DNA of 60,560 bases, the filler included, from Candidatus Coatesbacteria bacterium (GTDB taxonomy: Bacteria; JAFGND01): the NCBI GenBank assembly GCA_016927185.1. It is 6 parts of 6 records of this genome, joined end to end, with 100 filler letters (N's around TTAATTAATTAA, not from the genome) between each part and the next. Parts side by side here need not be neighbours in the genome. Positions count along the whole stretch, not along the records: positions 24,827 to 35,194 come from JAFGND010000007.1; positions 35,295 to 46,520 come from JAFGND010000038.1; 4 more parts are not named here. One strand, given 5' to 3'. Position 1 is the stretch's first letter; each line of letters opens with the position of its first letter. The notes beneath the pieces are model-generated. The model did not search any database and had not been told where the DNA came from. It saw only the letters and a program-made list of their open reading frames with translations. This document shows, piece after piece, positions 29,719 through 38,880 of the stretch. The position numbers and the translations under genes are program-made.

Positions 29719-30324
29719 ATGAAGTTCATTGTAAACCTGGGAGATTTCCTTTTCAAGTATAGAAGCTATACTCCGATCATTCCCTTGATAATAATGCTTG
29801 CCTTCTGTAAATATAATGTTTCAGCATTCATTATCGGAATATTTGTCTCTCTGGCAGGGCAAATACTGAGATTATGGGCATTAAGTTATGCAGGTGGTGC
29901 AACAAGAACTGTTTCAATGGGAGCACCAGAGCTTATTACAGGAGGACCTTTTGGGCATGTCAGAAATCCCCTTTATCAAGGAAATCTTCTCCTGACGACA
30001 GGCATACTTATATCTTCCAATACTCTTTTCCCTTATTATCTGATAGCAGGAATTTTTCTTTTTTTTATACAGTATATGTCAATAATCCTGAAGGAGGAAT
30101 CCTTTCTTGCAAGCCAGTTCAAGGAGGAATTTGTTACCTATTCAAAGGCAGTACCAAGATGGGGCTGGAATTTCAGGAATTTCAATATTTCAAAAAAACC
30201 AATAATAAAAGGTGTTTTTGAACTTACAAAAATTGAAAGAAGAAGCCTTCAGTCATTGATTATTGTTTATCTGCTTTTTGCTATTATCTTCTTCATGCAG
30301 GGCAAGGATTATTGGTGGAGATGA
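29719..30324 (+). CDS. Isoprenylcysteine carboxyl methyltransferase family membrane protein
   Basis: LRLWA, LITGGPFGHVRNPLY, EESFL...Y...VPR. Confidence 0.9.
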   Translation: MKFIVNLGDFLFKYRSYTPIIPLIIMLAFCKYNVSAFIIGIFVSLAGQILRLWALSYAGGATRTVSMGAPELITGGPFGHVRNPLYQGNLLLTTGILISSNTLFPYYLIAGIFLFFIQYMSIILKEESFLASQFKEEFVTYSKAVPRWGWNFRNFNISKKPIIKGVFELTKIERRSLQSLIIVYLLFAIIFFMQGKDYWWR

Positions 30325-31354
30325 AATCCAGGAAAGAAAATACTTCCTTTTCCACCTTTTCATAACCAAGCTTTCTAATGTTGCCCTCTGGAGATTCTAT
30401 TGCGAAGCTTTTTCCTGAAGGAGGTAGCCATTCATCAGGACTTACATCACCATACAATGTCAAGGTAGGCTTTCCTAAAGCAGAAGCAATATGATATGTT
30501 GCAGTATCTGTTCCAATCAAGCAACTTGAATTAAAAAGTATTCCCATCAATTCCCTTATATTTGTCTTTGGAATGAAATTACCCCTGCCATGAAGATGTG
30601 TTTGCAGGCGATCTCTCAAGGCTTCCTCTTTAGGTCCCCATACTATCAGGGGCTTATTCCCTGTCTTCATTTCAATGGAAATTATCAATCTTGCAAATAA
30701 TGAAATAGCCCATCTTCTCCGTATATCCCTGTGAAGAGGATGTATGGCAACAGGGTTTTCACAATCAGCAACTTCTTTTATTATACTTGCTCCTTTTTTC
30801 TTCTCTTCATCAGATATTTCCAGAAGAGGTAACCAGACTGGAGTTTCAAGATTGAATGCCTTCAAGACAGAAGAATATTTTTCCCATTGCTGACCCTTTT
30901 CAATTGCCTCTGTTTTTATGTTATACAAGAAGCTTGTTCTGGAGCCTCTTATCAATGGATGATCTGCCCCAATTGTAACCTTGCATAATAAACAGGCAAG
31001 AATATCGCTAGTGAGAGAATGAGAAACTGTATTCATAACTATCCCAACATCAAAGCGCTTCCTGAAAAGAAAACTGTTACTGCCCCATTTGCATGGGTGG
31101 GTATGAAAGGCTAATACTTCCTTGAAAAGCGGATTTTCATGCATGATATCTTTTGTATATGGTCTGGCAAGCAAATAGAACTCTGCATCAGGAAAATTGT
31201 CATTAAGTGATTTAATTGTCGGTAATATCTGTATCAGATCTCCTATCTGATCATGCTGCTTTATTATAAGTATTTTCCTGACATCTTTTAATTGTTTTGA
31301 TTTCTGACTGAGAAGATACTCAAGTACTTTAACTAATATCTCTTTAGAGTTCAT
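30293..31354 (-). CDS. GT9 (ADP-heptose transferase family) glycosyltransferase
   Basis: ILII...IGD, RRW, GTDTATYHIASALGKP. Confidence 0.92.
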   Translation of the reverse strand: MNSKEILVKVLEYLLSQKSKQLKDVRKILIIKQHDQIGDLIQILPTIKSLNDNFPDAEFYLLARPYTKDIMHENPLFKEVLAFHTHPCKWGSNSFLFRKRFDVGIVMNTVSHSLTSDILACLLCKVTIGADHPLIRGSRTSFLYNIKTEAIEKGQQWEKYSSVLKAFNLETPVWLPLLEISDEEKKKGASIIKEVADCENPVAIHPLHRDIRRRWAISLFARLIISIEMKTGNKPLIVWGPKEEALRDRLQTHLHGRGNFIPKTNIRELMGILFNSSCLIGTDTATYHIASALGKPTLTLYGDVSPDEWLPPSGKSFAIESPEGNIRKLGYEKVEKEVFSFLDFISTNNPCPA

Positions 31355-31905
31355 TTAGCGAGTTTGTTCTTGAATCTTTCAAACTCGCTGTATATGCAAC
31401 CACAATAATTCTGCCTGTAAAGATCCATTCTCTTGCTTTCCTCAATGCCCCATTTCCAGTATTCCCTCCAGTCTTCATAATGGAAACTTATTTCAAGTTC
31501 ATCAGAAATTCGCTCTGCAATAGATTTTATCAGGTCGTGTTTCTGGTACTTGCTGTAGAGGAGGGTTGTTGAGAAAGAGCTGAAGCCCTTATTTTTAGCA
31601 GTCAATGCAGTATATCTTATACGAACAGAATAGCAATATGAACATCTTTGTTCAACATCCGAGACAGTGTTTCTCAGGAAATCAAGATAATCATGACTGC
31701 TTTCTTCACAAACATGGAAATCAAGAATTCGAGAAGCTTCTCTTAAAGTATTACGCCGCTTCAGGAATTCCATCAATGGATGTATATTTGGATTGAAAAA
31801 AAATCCTGTTACATTAATTTCCTTAGCCCTCAGGTCACTCAATGGACCTAGCAGGCATGGGGCACAACAAACATGCAAGAAAACTTCTTTTTTCTTGTCA
31901 CTCAT
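31351..31905 (-). CDS. queH: Epoxyqueuosine reductase
   Basis: LHVCCAPC, FNPNIHP, RCSYCY, YRQNYCGCIYS. Confidence 0.95.
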   Translation of the reverse strand: MSDKKKEVFLHVCCAPCLLGPLSDLRAKEINVTGFFFNPNIHPLMEFLKRRNTLREASRILDFHVCEESSHDYLDFLRNTVSDVEQRCSYCYSVRIRYTALTAKNKGFSSFSTTLLYSKYQKHDLIKSIAERISDELEISFHYEDWREYWKWGIEESKRMDLYRQNYCGCIYSEFERFKNKLAK

Positions 31906-32443
31906 TTTCTTCAGGCTTGAGGATTGCTATATGAGGAAGATTCCTGTAATACCCATTAAAATCGAGTCCATATCCTACAACAAAATGATTTGGTATGAAA
32001 AATCCGCTGTAATCAACATGAACATCTATCTCCCTCTCAACATCTTTTATGAGAAGAGAACAGATTTTTATGGATTTTGGCTCCCTGTACAATAGATGCT
32101 TGTATAAATAATCCAGCGTTAAGCCTGTATCAAGAATGTCTTCAAGAATTATTATGTCCTTGCCTTTAATCTCATTCTTGATGTCATAAAGAAGCCTTAT
32201 TGTTCCCTTGCTTTTAATGCCCTGATAGCTCTCAACTGCCATAAACTCTATTGTATGAGGAATTGTAAGCTTTCTTATGAGATCTGCAAGGAAAATAACC
32301 CCACCTTTCAGTATAGTTACAAAAATTGGAGTAGTGTTTTCGTAATCCTTTGAAATCTCTCTGGCAAGTTGTGAAACCTTCTCATTTATCTGGCTTGCTG
32401 AAATAAGCACATCTGTTATCTTGTAACCAGTTATATTAACCAC
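31898..32443 (-). CDS. hpt: Hypoxanthine phosphoribosyltransferase
   Basis: ILKGG, ILEDILDTGLT, FVVGYGLD, RNLP. Confidence 0.96.
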   Translation of the reverse strand: MVNITGYKITDVLISASQINEKVSQLAREISKDYENTTPIFVTILKGGVIFLADLIRKLTIPHTIEFMAVESYQGIKSKGTIRLLYDIKNEIKGKDIIILEDILDTGLTLDYLYKHLLYREPKSIKICSLLIKDVEREIDVHVDYSGFFIPNHFVVGYGLDFNGYYRNLPHIAILKPEENE

Positions 32444-32454
32444 ATCGTTACTCC

Positions 32455-33417
32455 TTACTTTATATTAAGAACACAGCGGAAGCCTGTTTCATTGTTGTAT
32501 CTGGATGGAGACATCTTCTCCCTTACAAATGATTTGCACATTCCTGGATGGGAAAACCAGCTTCCTCCCCTTATAACCTTCATTTCTCCCCTTGATGGAC
32601 CTGTGGGATTCTTTTCCTCCATGTTTTTATATGCATCTGCTGCATACCAGTCTGAAGTCCATTCCCAGACATTTCCAGCCATTTCATGCACTCCATATGA
32701 AGAAGCACCGTTCTTGAATGCATCAACTGGATTGGTGAAGTCAAAACCATCTGAATTATCAATATATGGTTGTTTTCCAAGTCCGGTATTCATTTTTCCA
32801 TTTTCATAACTGTTTCCCCATGGGTATTCAAAACTACCTGCTCCTCTTGCAGCTTTTTCACATTGGGCTTCAGTTGGAAGTTCGCATCCTGCCCATTTTG
32901 CATATTCATGTGCATCATTGAAGGAAACATGGACAACAGGATGGTTCAGTATATCCTTTATGGAAGAAAATTCTCCTGCTGGATGAGCCCAGTTTGCTCC
33001 ATCCAGTTTTTTCGCTTCCTTTCCATCATATACATAAGCATATCCGTTTTTCTCGGCAGTTGTTTTATATCCTGTTTCATTTATGAATTTGGCAAATTGC
33101 TTATTTGTTACTGGATATAAATAAATATAGAAATCTGATACAAAAAAGATTTTTCCCTGTTTCATGAAGTCATCTCCGAAATTGTCAGGAAGTTTTATTG
33201 AAAGATTCTTTACTAATTCATTTTTCAGGGCATCTATCTGTTCCCTGGTTCCCCCTAATTCTAATTTCCCTTCATTAACAAGTACCATCTCGGCACCATC
33301 TTTTTCATTTGTTCTTCTTGCTTCCCTAGAAAGCTTCTTTTGAGTCCTTGCTGCACAGGAAAACAGCATAATCATTAAAAACAGGCAACAGGTTTTTTCT
33401 AATATCTTGTTTTTCAT
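32455..33417 (-). CDS. FGE-sulfatase (SUMF1) domain lipoprotein
   Basis: Lipobox LFSC; HPVVHVS, LPTEAQ.EKAARG, MAGNVWEW, RGGSW, GFRC. Confidence 0.9.
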   Translation of the reverse strand: MKNKILEKTCCLFLMIMLFSCAARTQKKLSREARRTNEKDGAEMVLVNEGKLELGGTREQIDALKNELVKNLSIKLPDNFGDDFMKQGKIFFVSDFYIYLYPVTNKQFAKFINETGYKTTAEKNGYAYVYDGKEAKKLDGANWAHPAGEFSSIKDILNHPVVHVSFNDAHEYAKWAGCELPTEAQCEKAARGAGSFEYPWGNSYENGKMNTGLGKQPYIDNSDGFDFTNPVDAFKNGASSYGVHEMAGNVWEWTSDWYAADAYKNMEEKNPTGPSRGEMKVIRGGSWFSHPGMCKSFVREKMSPSRYNNETGFRCVLNIK

Positions 33418-33661
33418 AAGAAGAATTCGCTTCAAAACATATAAAATCTTGCAAGAAAAAATTTTTCTAGTATGATACTTTTTTCACTTGACATTAATAT
33501 CTTCTAAAAATAGATATTGCTTAAGTTAGTATTTTGCATTTAATCTGTTAAGGAGAAACTGAATTCAGGGACTCAGGCACGACTTAAAGTATTGATAGAA
33601 AAGAATTTAGGAATTATTTTACAAGAAGTTTTAACTCTATAATCTCAGGAAGGAGGTTCTA

Positions 33662-34423
33662 ATGAAGAAGGCTATCTTGGTTCTATTTTTACTAAGCCTA
33701 TTTTCAACTTTAGCCTACGCTGAAATAAGAACTGTTCAGGGAGAAATATTTGGTTATTATGGCTGACCCTATTGCCCAAGTGCAGTTAAGGCACTTAGAT
33801 TATTGTGGCAGGAAAAAGGTTATGATTTAACTCCAATAGCCTGGTGGCGCAATTATTCAGGAAACTATTATAGCCAGCGTTCTAGCTATTATGCAGTTTC
33901 TGGAGTTCCTACAGCAGTATTTGATGGATTAGGTAAAGTAGTTGGTGGAGGTTCAGATACTAATAATGTTAGTGGTGTTCTCAACAGATACAGGCAAGAA
34001 TATGACAAACGCAAGGCAATCAGCTCTCCACTTTGGATAACTATTATTCCTGAATGGATAACGAAGAATGTAAAAGGACAGGCAAGAATAAGTGTTACAG
34101 TTAGAGAAACAGTTACAACAACTAATAACAAGATCTGGGTAGTTATTCTTGAAAAGAATGCTGGAGGAACATATAAACTTTTCCATTGCGGAAGGGAAAG
34201 AATTCTCTATGAGGATTTCACCTTGACTCAAGTAGGACAATCCCAGAATTACAAGGTTGAGTTTGATGTGCAATCAGGCTGGAATCCAGATAATCTGGCA
34301 ATAGCAGTTTTCGTTCAAAGTGACGCGAATAAGGAAGTAATCCAGTCAGGTTGGTATGACCAGTTCTCACAAGCAAATATCAAACAGGCAACCTGGGGTG
34401 GGATAAAGAGACTTTATAAATAA
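33662..34423 (+). CDS. Exported Omp28-like selenoprotein (UxxC), 253 aa; TGA 33764-33766 = codon 35
   Basis: AAGGAGG SD; signal peptide (AYA|E); GEIFGYYG-U-PYCP in frame with track ORF 33803-34423 (YAVSGVPTAVFDG, DNLAIAVFVQ...KEVIQ); hairpin 11 nt after the TGA. Confidence 0.88.
33778..33796 (+). promoter_or_regulatory. Putative bacterial SECIS element
   Basis: AAGTGC-AGTTAAG-GCACTT, starting after an 11-nt spacer from the in-frame TGA. Confidence 0.78.
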
Positions 34424-34430
34424 GTAACAG

Positions 34431-34452
34431 GGAGATATTTTTTAATATCTCC
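34431..34452 (+). terminator. Intergenic hairpin between the two selenoprotein genes
   Basis: GGAGATATT-tttt-AATATCTCC. Confidence 0.6.
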
Positions 34453-34494
34453 TGCTTATTTTAGTATTACATTAACATTAAAGGAGGTGATAAA

Positions 34495-35031
34495 ATGAGA
34501 ATATTTATGGCTTTAATATTGTTGTATGGTTTTGCATTTGCAGCACCTGAAATTGGTGATCCTGCTCCAGATTGGACACTTCCAAATCTTGACAATAACC
34601 AGAATTACCACCTTTATGATTATATGGGAAAAGTAGTATGGATTAACTGGTTCTGGACAGGCTGACCATCTTGCCGCTCGGAGTTACCGAGTCTCAATAC
34701 TCTTGCAGGAGAATACAAGCAATCAAAACCATTATGTGAATTCTTTGTTATCTGTTCATTTGACGCAGCAAATAATTGCAAAAGTTACAGGGATCAGAAT
34801 CCAAACTTGATTTTCGTGTCTGATTATCCATCAAGAGCAGTTTATATAGCTTACAGACATGGTTCAACAAACTATGTTCCAATGAATTACTGCCTGAGAA
34901 AGGACTTGACAGTTCACTATTATGCATTTGGATATAATCAAAATACTGCCAGACAGAAATTCGAGGAAGCATACGAATATACCAAAATCAAGAAAACCAC
35001 ATGGGGTGGCATAAAATCAATGTATAGATAA
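34495..35031 (+). CDS. Exported TlpA/AhpC-TSA-like redoxin selenoprotein (UxxC), 178 aa; TGA 34663-34665 = codon 57
   Basis: AAGGAGGTG SD; signal peptide (AFA|A); IGDPAPDWTLPNLD...YMGKVVWINWFWTG-U-PSCRSELPSL; YVPMNY cis-Pro; in frame with track ORF 34807-35031. Confidence 0.9.
34677..34691 (+). promoter_or_regulatory. Putative bacterial SECIS element
   Basis: CTCGG-AGTTA-CCGAG, starting after an 11-nt spacer from the in-frame TGA. Confidence 0.78.
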
Positions 35032-35036
35032 AACTT

Positions 35037-35063
35037 AAGCTGCATTTTGAAGAATGCAGCTTT
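35037..35063 (+). terminator. Terminator after the second selenoprotein gene
   Basis: AAGCTGCATT-ttgaag-AATGCAGCTT. Confidence 0.7.
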
Positions 35064-35127
35064 AATATCTTAAAAATTTCCTTGACTAAAACTTGTTTAT
35101 TAAAATATGTGAATTCAGTTCAATTGA

Positions 35128-35194
<67 letters not shown>

Positions 35195-35294
35195 NNNNNN
35201 NNNNNNNNNNNNNNNNNNNNNNNNNNNNNNNNNNNNNNTTAATTAATTAANNNNNNNNNNNNNNNNNNNNNNNNNNNNNNNNNNNNNNNNNNNN

Positions 35295-35599
35295 GCTCCA
35301 TCTGAGTTATTCAATGCATGAAGATATTTATCATCACTTCCTATATAAACAACTCCATCTGAAACACAAGGAGAGGAGCCAATACCACTACCTGTTTGAT
35401 ATCTCCATTTAGGAGTTCCTGATGAGCAATTTATCGCATATAGATAATGATCATGACTTCCGACATAAACAACTCCATCTGAGACACAAGGTGAGGATGA
35501 AACATTATCACCTGTCTTATATCTCCATATTAAATCCCCAGGTGCTGAAAAAAGGATAACTGGCATAAAAATAAGTGAAAGAGCAATTCTGAGTATCAT
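35295..35599 (-). CDS. PQQ-like beta-propeller protein, truncated; paralog of 12221-13495
   Basis: FSAPGDLIWRYKTG...SSPCVSDGVVYVGS repeats. Confidence 0.85.
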
Positions 35600-35762
35600 A
35601 CGAACTCTCCCTTCTTTTATAATCAAGAATTAAAAGCAATATTCTGATGTCAACAAAAAATAAACGCTATATTGATCTTGACAAAATTCAAGATGCTTTT
35701 CATAAAAGGTGAAAAAACAAGATAAAAGAATTACAGAGATTTTGTTTGAAATGGAGGAAGAT

Positions 35763-37160
35763 ATGAAAAAACCATTCCTTATTATCAATTTTCTATCGAT
35801 TTTCTCATTGTTAATTCTTGCTCTATCCTGCGGAGATGAAACAACTGATGACGGGAATGGAACAGGAACAGGAACTGGAACAGGAGATGAATTATCAATA
35901 ACAGTTACTAATCCACCTGCTGAAGGAGCATTTGCAGACAGCTATTTTACAATAAAATGGACATACACAAGGAAATCTGTAACTTTCCCTAAAGTGAGTC
36001 TCTATTATGATTCTGATACCCATTCTGGTGGGGAAATAGCAATAGCAGAAAACATACCAGCTTCTGCAGAATCGCTTGTGTGGGAAACATATGACATGCC
36101 TGAAGATAATGATTATTACATTCTCGCAGTAATAGATGATTCTGAGACATGTTCAGTAAGCAGAAAGCCTTTCAATGAGAAGTCTGTCCATACTTATTAT
36201 ACAAGGAAAAATCATGATTCGAGTAAAAGCATGGAAAAAGCTCAGGATTATTCAGATGGAACTGTCAGAATTGATCATAGTTCATTTGGATGCCGTCAGG
36301 AATTCTATCATGGTGGTGAAGTTAACTCAGTAGTCTTCTCGCCTGATGAGAAAAATGCTTTATCAGGAGGTTCCGATAATGCAATCAGATACTTCAGAAT
36401 ATCAGATGGACAATGCCTGGGAATATGTAAAGGCCATACCGAAAGAGTGAGATCAGTAAAATTCATGCCTGATGGACAGTATTTCATGTCTGGAAGCGAT
36501 GATGAAACATTGAAATACTGGAAGTTATCTGATAGCACATGTTACAGAACATTGAGAGGTCATTATTGTCAGGTAAACTCAATCTGCATTACAAAAGATG
36601 GTCAGTATGTTTTATCAGGCAGCATTGACACATTTCTCAAATACTGGAGAATATCAGATGGCTCTTGCATAAGGACATTCACTGGTCACAAGGGTGGAAT
36701 TCTGTCAGTAGATATCTCACCTGATTCCCAGTATGCCTTGTCCGGTGGTTATGACTTTTCAATCAAATACTGGAAAATATCAGATGGAAGCTGTATCAGA
36801 ACGTTAAACGGGCACAGCTATTATGTTTTCTCAGTTGCATTCTCCCCGGACGGTCAATATGCAGTGTCAGGGAGCTGGGATAATACTATCAAGTACTGGA
36901 GAATATCTGATGGAACATGCTTGAAAACAGTTGATCTTAAAACAAGGATAAATTCAGTATGCTTTACGACTGATGGAGAATTTGCATTAGCAGGTGACTA
37001 TAATGGAGCTCTAAGATATATAAGAATATCTGATGGAGAATGCTTGAAAACAATGAAGAAACATGGTAGTGCTGTAACATCCGTTTGTATCTCCTCAGAT
37101 GGTCTGTATGCACTGTCAGGAAGCTGGGATAAGTATATCTATTACTGGAGATTATATTGA
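35763..37160 (+). CDS. WD40-repeat lipoprotein 1
   Basis: Lipobox ALSC, GTGTGTG linker, Ig-like segment, 7 WD40 repeats. Confidence 0.92.
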   Translation: MKKPFLIINFLSIFSLLILALSCGDETTDDGNGTGTGTGTGDELSITVTNPPAEGAFADSYFTIKWTYTRKSVTFPKVSLYYDSDTHSGGEIAIAENIPASAESLVWETYDMPEDNDYYILAVIDDSETCSVSRKPFNEKSVHTYYTRKNHDSSKSMEKAQDYSDGTVRIDHSSFGCRQEFYHGGEVNSVVFSPDEKNALSGGSDNAIRYFRISDGQCLGICKGHTERVRSVKFMPDGQYFMSGSDDETLKYWKLSDSTCYRTLRGHYCQVNSICITKDGQYVLSGSIDTFLKYWRISDGSCIRTFTGHKGGILSVDISPDSQYALSGGYDFSIKYWKISDGSCIRTLNGHSYYVFSVAFSPDGQYAVSGSWDNTIKYWRISDGTCLKTVDLKTRINSVCFTTDGEFALAGDYNGALRYIRISDGECLKTMKKHGSAVTSVCISSDGLYALSGSWDKYIYYWRLY

Positions 37161-37171
37161 AAGGAGCTGAA

Positions 37172-38590
37172 ATGCTTAAGGCGGGATCTAAATTATGCAC
37201 AATACTTGTTTTTGCAATGCTGATACTTCTTTCCTGCGGGGATGAAAGCAGTGATGAAGGAAATGGTACTGGAACAGGGACTGGAACAGGAGATGAATTA
37301 TCAATAAAAGTCACGGATCCTCCTTCATATGGTTCATATTCAGACGATTATTATACAATAAGATGGACTTATAAAAGTCGAGAAGGGACTTTTCCTTTGG
37401 TAACACTATATTACGATACTGATACGATTTCAGGAGGTGAAATAAAGATAGCTGAAAATATTGCGGCATACGATTCTGCATATGTATGGAATACAATCAA
37501 TTTGCCAAGCTTCACATCATATTATATTCTTGCAGTCATAAATGATGACAAGACTTCTTCTAAGGAAAAATCAGGTATCAATAGAACAAAGAAAAGGAAT
37601 CACTCATCTTATAGAAGTAATTACAGTTTAATGCAAACAAACCTGAATCCAGATTGCATAGGTGAAAGAATGGCTGCGAATTATGATTATTCAGATGGAA
37701 CTGTTACTATTAACCATTGCTGCCTGATAAAAACCTTGACTGGACATAATGGAGCAGTATATTCTGTCTGCATTTCTTCAGATGGCAGGAATGCCCTGTC
37801 AGGGAGTGATGATACAACACTCAAGTATTGGGATTTATCAAATGGAGCATGTCTGAAGACTTTCTATGGACATAGTTCCATTGTTTATTCTGCCTGCATG
37901 TCCAGGGATTGTCAGTATGCCTTGTCAGGAGGCTGGGATAAGACAGTCAAATACTGGCGAATATCTGATGGAACTTGCTTGAGATCTTTTACAGGACATA
38001 ACGATGCTGTTTATTCAGTCTCCATTTCCCCTGACGGTCAGTATGCATTATCTGGAAGCGCTGACAATACAATAAAGTACTGGAAAGTATCTGACGGAAC
38101 CTGCATCAGAACACTGACAGGTCATAATAGTTATGTAAATTCAATCTGTATATCTCCTGATGGAAAGTATGCATTGTCAGGAAGTGATGACCAGAATATA
38201 AAATACTGGCGATTGTCAGATGGGATTTGCATAAGAACAATTATACTGGCAGGTATAGTCAATTCAGTCTGTTTCTCTCCTGATGGAAAGTATGCATTGT
38301 CAGGTGGAAGTTCTTGCAAATACTGGCGATTGTCAGATGGGAAATGCATGAGGACTTTTGAATACTACTATACAGTTATTAACTCAGTCTCAATATCACC
38401 AGAAGGTAAACATGCCTTGTCAGCAGAAGAGGATAATAATTTTTTTCGAATCTCGGATGGCGTCATGTTGAATGTATTTGGTGCTTGTGGTTATTCTTTC
38501 AAATATAATTCCATATGTTTTTCTCCTGATGGTCAGTATGCATTGACTGGATGCACTAGCAAGGAAATGGAATACTGGAGGCTCTATTAA
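37172..38590 (+). CDS. WD40-repeat lipoprotein 2 (tandem paralog)
   Basis: Lipobox LLSC; same architecture; both paralogs end YWRLY. Confidence 0.92.
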   Translation: MLKAGSKLCTILVFAMLILLSCGDESSDEGNGTGTGTGTGDELSIKVTDPPSYGSYSDDYYTIRWTYKSREGTFPLVTLYYDTDTISGGEIKIAENIAAYDSAYVWNTINLPSFTSYYILAVINDDKTSSKEKSGINRTKKRNHSSYRSNYSLMQTNLNPDCIGERMAANYDYSDGTVTINHCCLIKTLTGHNGAVYSVCISSDGRNALSGSDDTTLKYWDLSNGACLKTFYGHSSIVYSACMSRDCQYALSGGWDKTVKYWRISDGTCLRSFTGHNDAVYSVSISPDGQYALSGSADNTIKYWKVSDGTCIRTLTGHNSYVNSICISPDGKYALSGSDDQNIKYWRLSDGICIRTIILAGIVNSVCFSPDGKYALSGGSSCKYWRLSDGKCMRTFEYYYTVINSVSISPEGKHALSAEEDNNFFRISDGVMLNVFGACGYSFKYNSICFSPDGQYALTGCTSKEMEYWRLY

Positions 38591-38698
38591 TTCAAGTCAT
38601 TAAAGAAGGTTGTACAATTATTTGATTGCATATCTGTTTTGGTGACTTTATTTTGCGGTGATGAAAACATTGATGAAGGGATGAGGAAGCTGAAATGA
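38591..38698 (+). pseudogene. Relic of a third WD40 lipoprotein N-terminus
   Basis: KKVVQLFDCISVLVTLF-CGDENIDEG resembles SCGDESSDEG of the paralogs; no usable start. Confidence 0.5.
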
Positions 38699-38880
38699 AG
38701 GGAATTTGTTATCTGAATCTGATTTATTAACACTATTTTCTTTCCATATATTTCATAATGAAGTTATTTATATTTAGGGCATTTTACATGGATTTGGTAA
38801 AAATTCCTTAATAAAGGAGAAAACTAGTTGACATAAATCCTTATCAGGAATGCTCATGTTTGGAAATTAATGGGGATTAA

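Noticed and set aside
32455-33417. True formylglycine-generating enzyme
   Set aside because: It has GGSWFSHPGMC rather than the two-Cys catalytic motif and is a lipoprotein, so only the fold is called.
33764-34665. TGA reassigned genome-wide to Trp or Gly (code 4/25)
   Set aside because: TGA is a normal stop here (glmS; ATGA overlaps at 7117-7120 and 10912-10915), and long genes have no internal TGA. Special UGA-to-Cys decoding cannot be excluded from sequence alone.
36300-38590. CRISPR array or DGR suggested by recurring AAATACTGG...TCAGATGG
   Set aside because: These are in-frame WD40 coding repeats; there are no unique spacers, cas genes, reverse transcriptase or adenine-specific TR/VR pattern.
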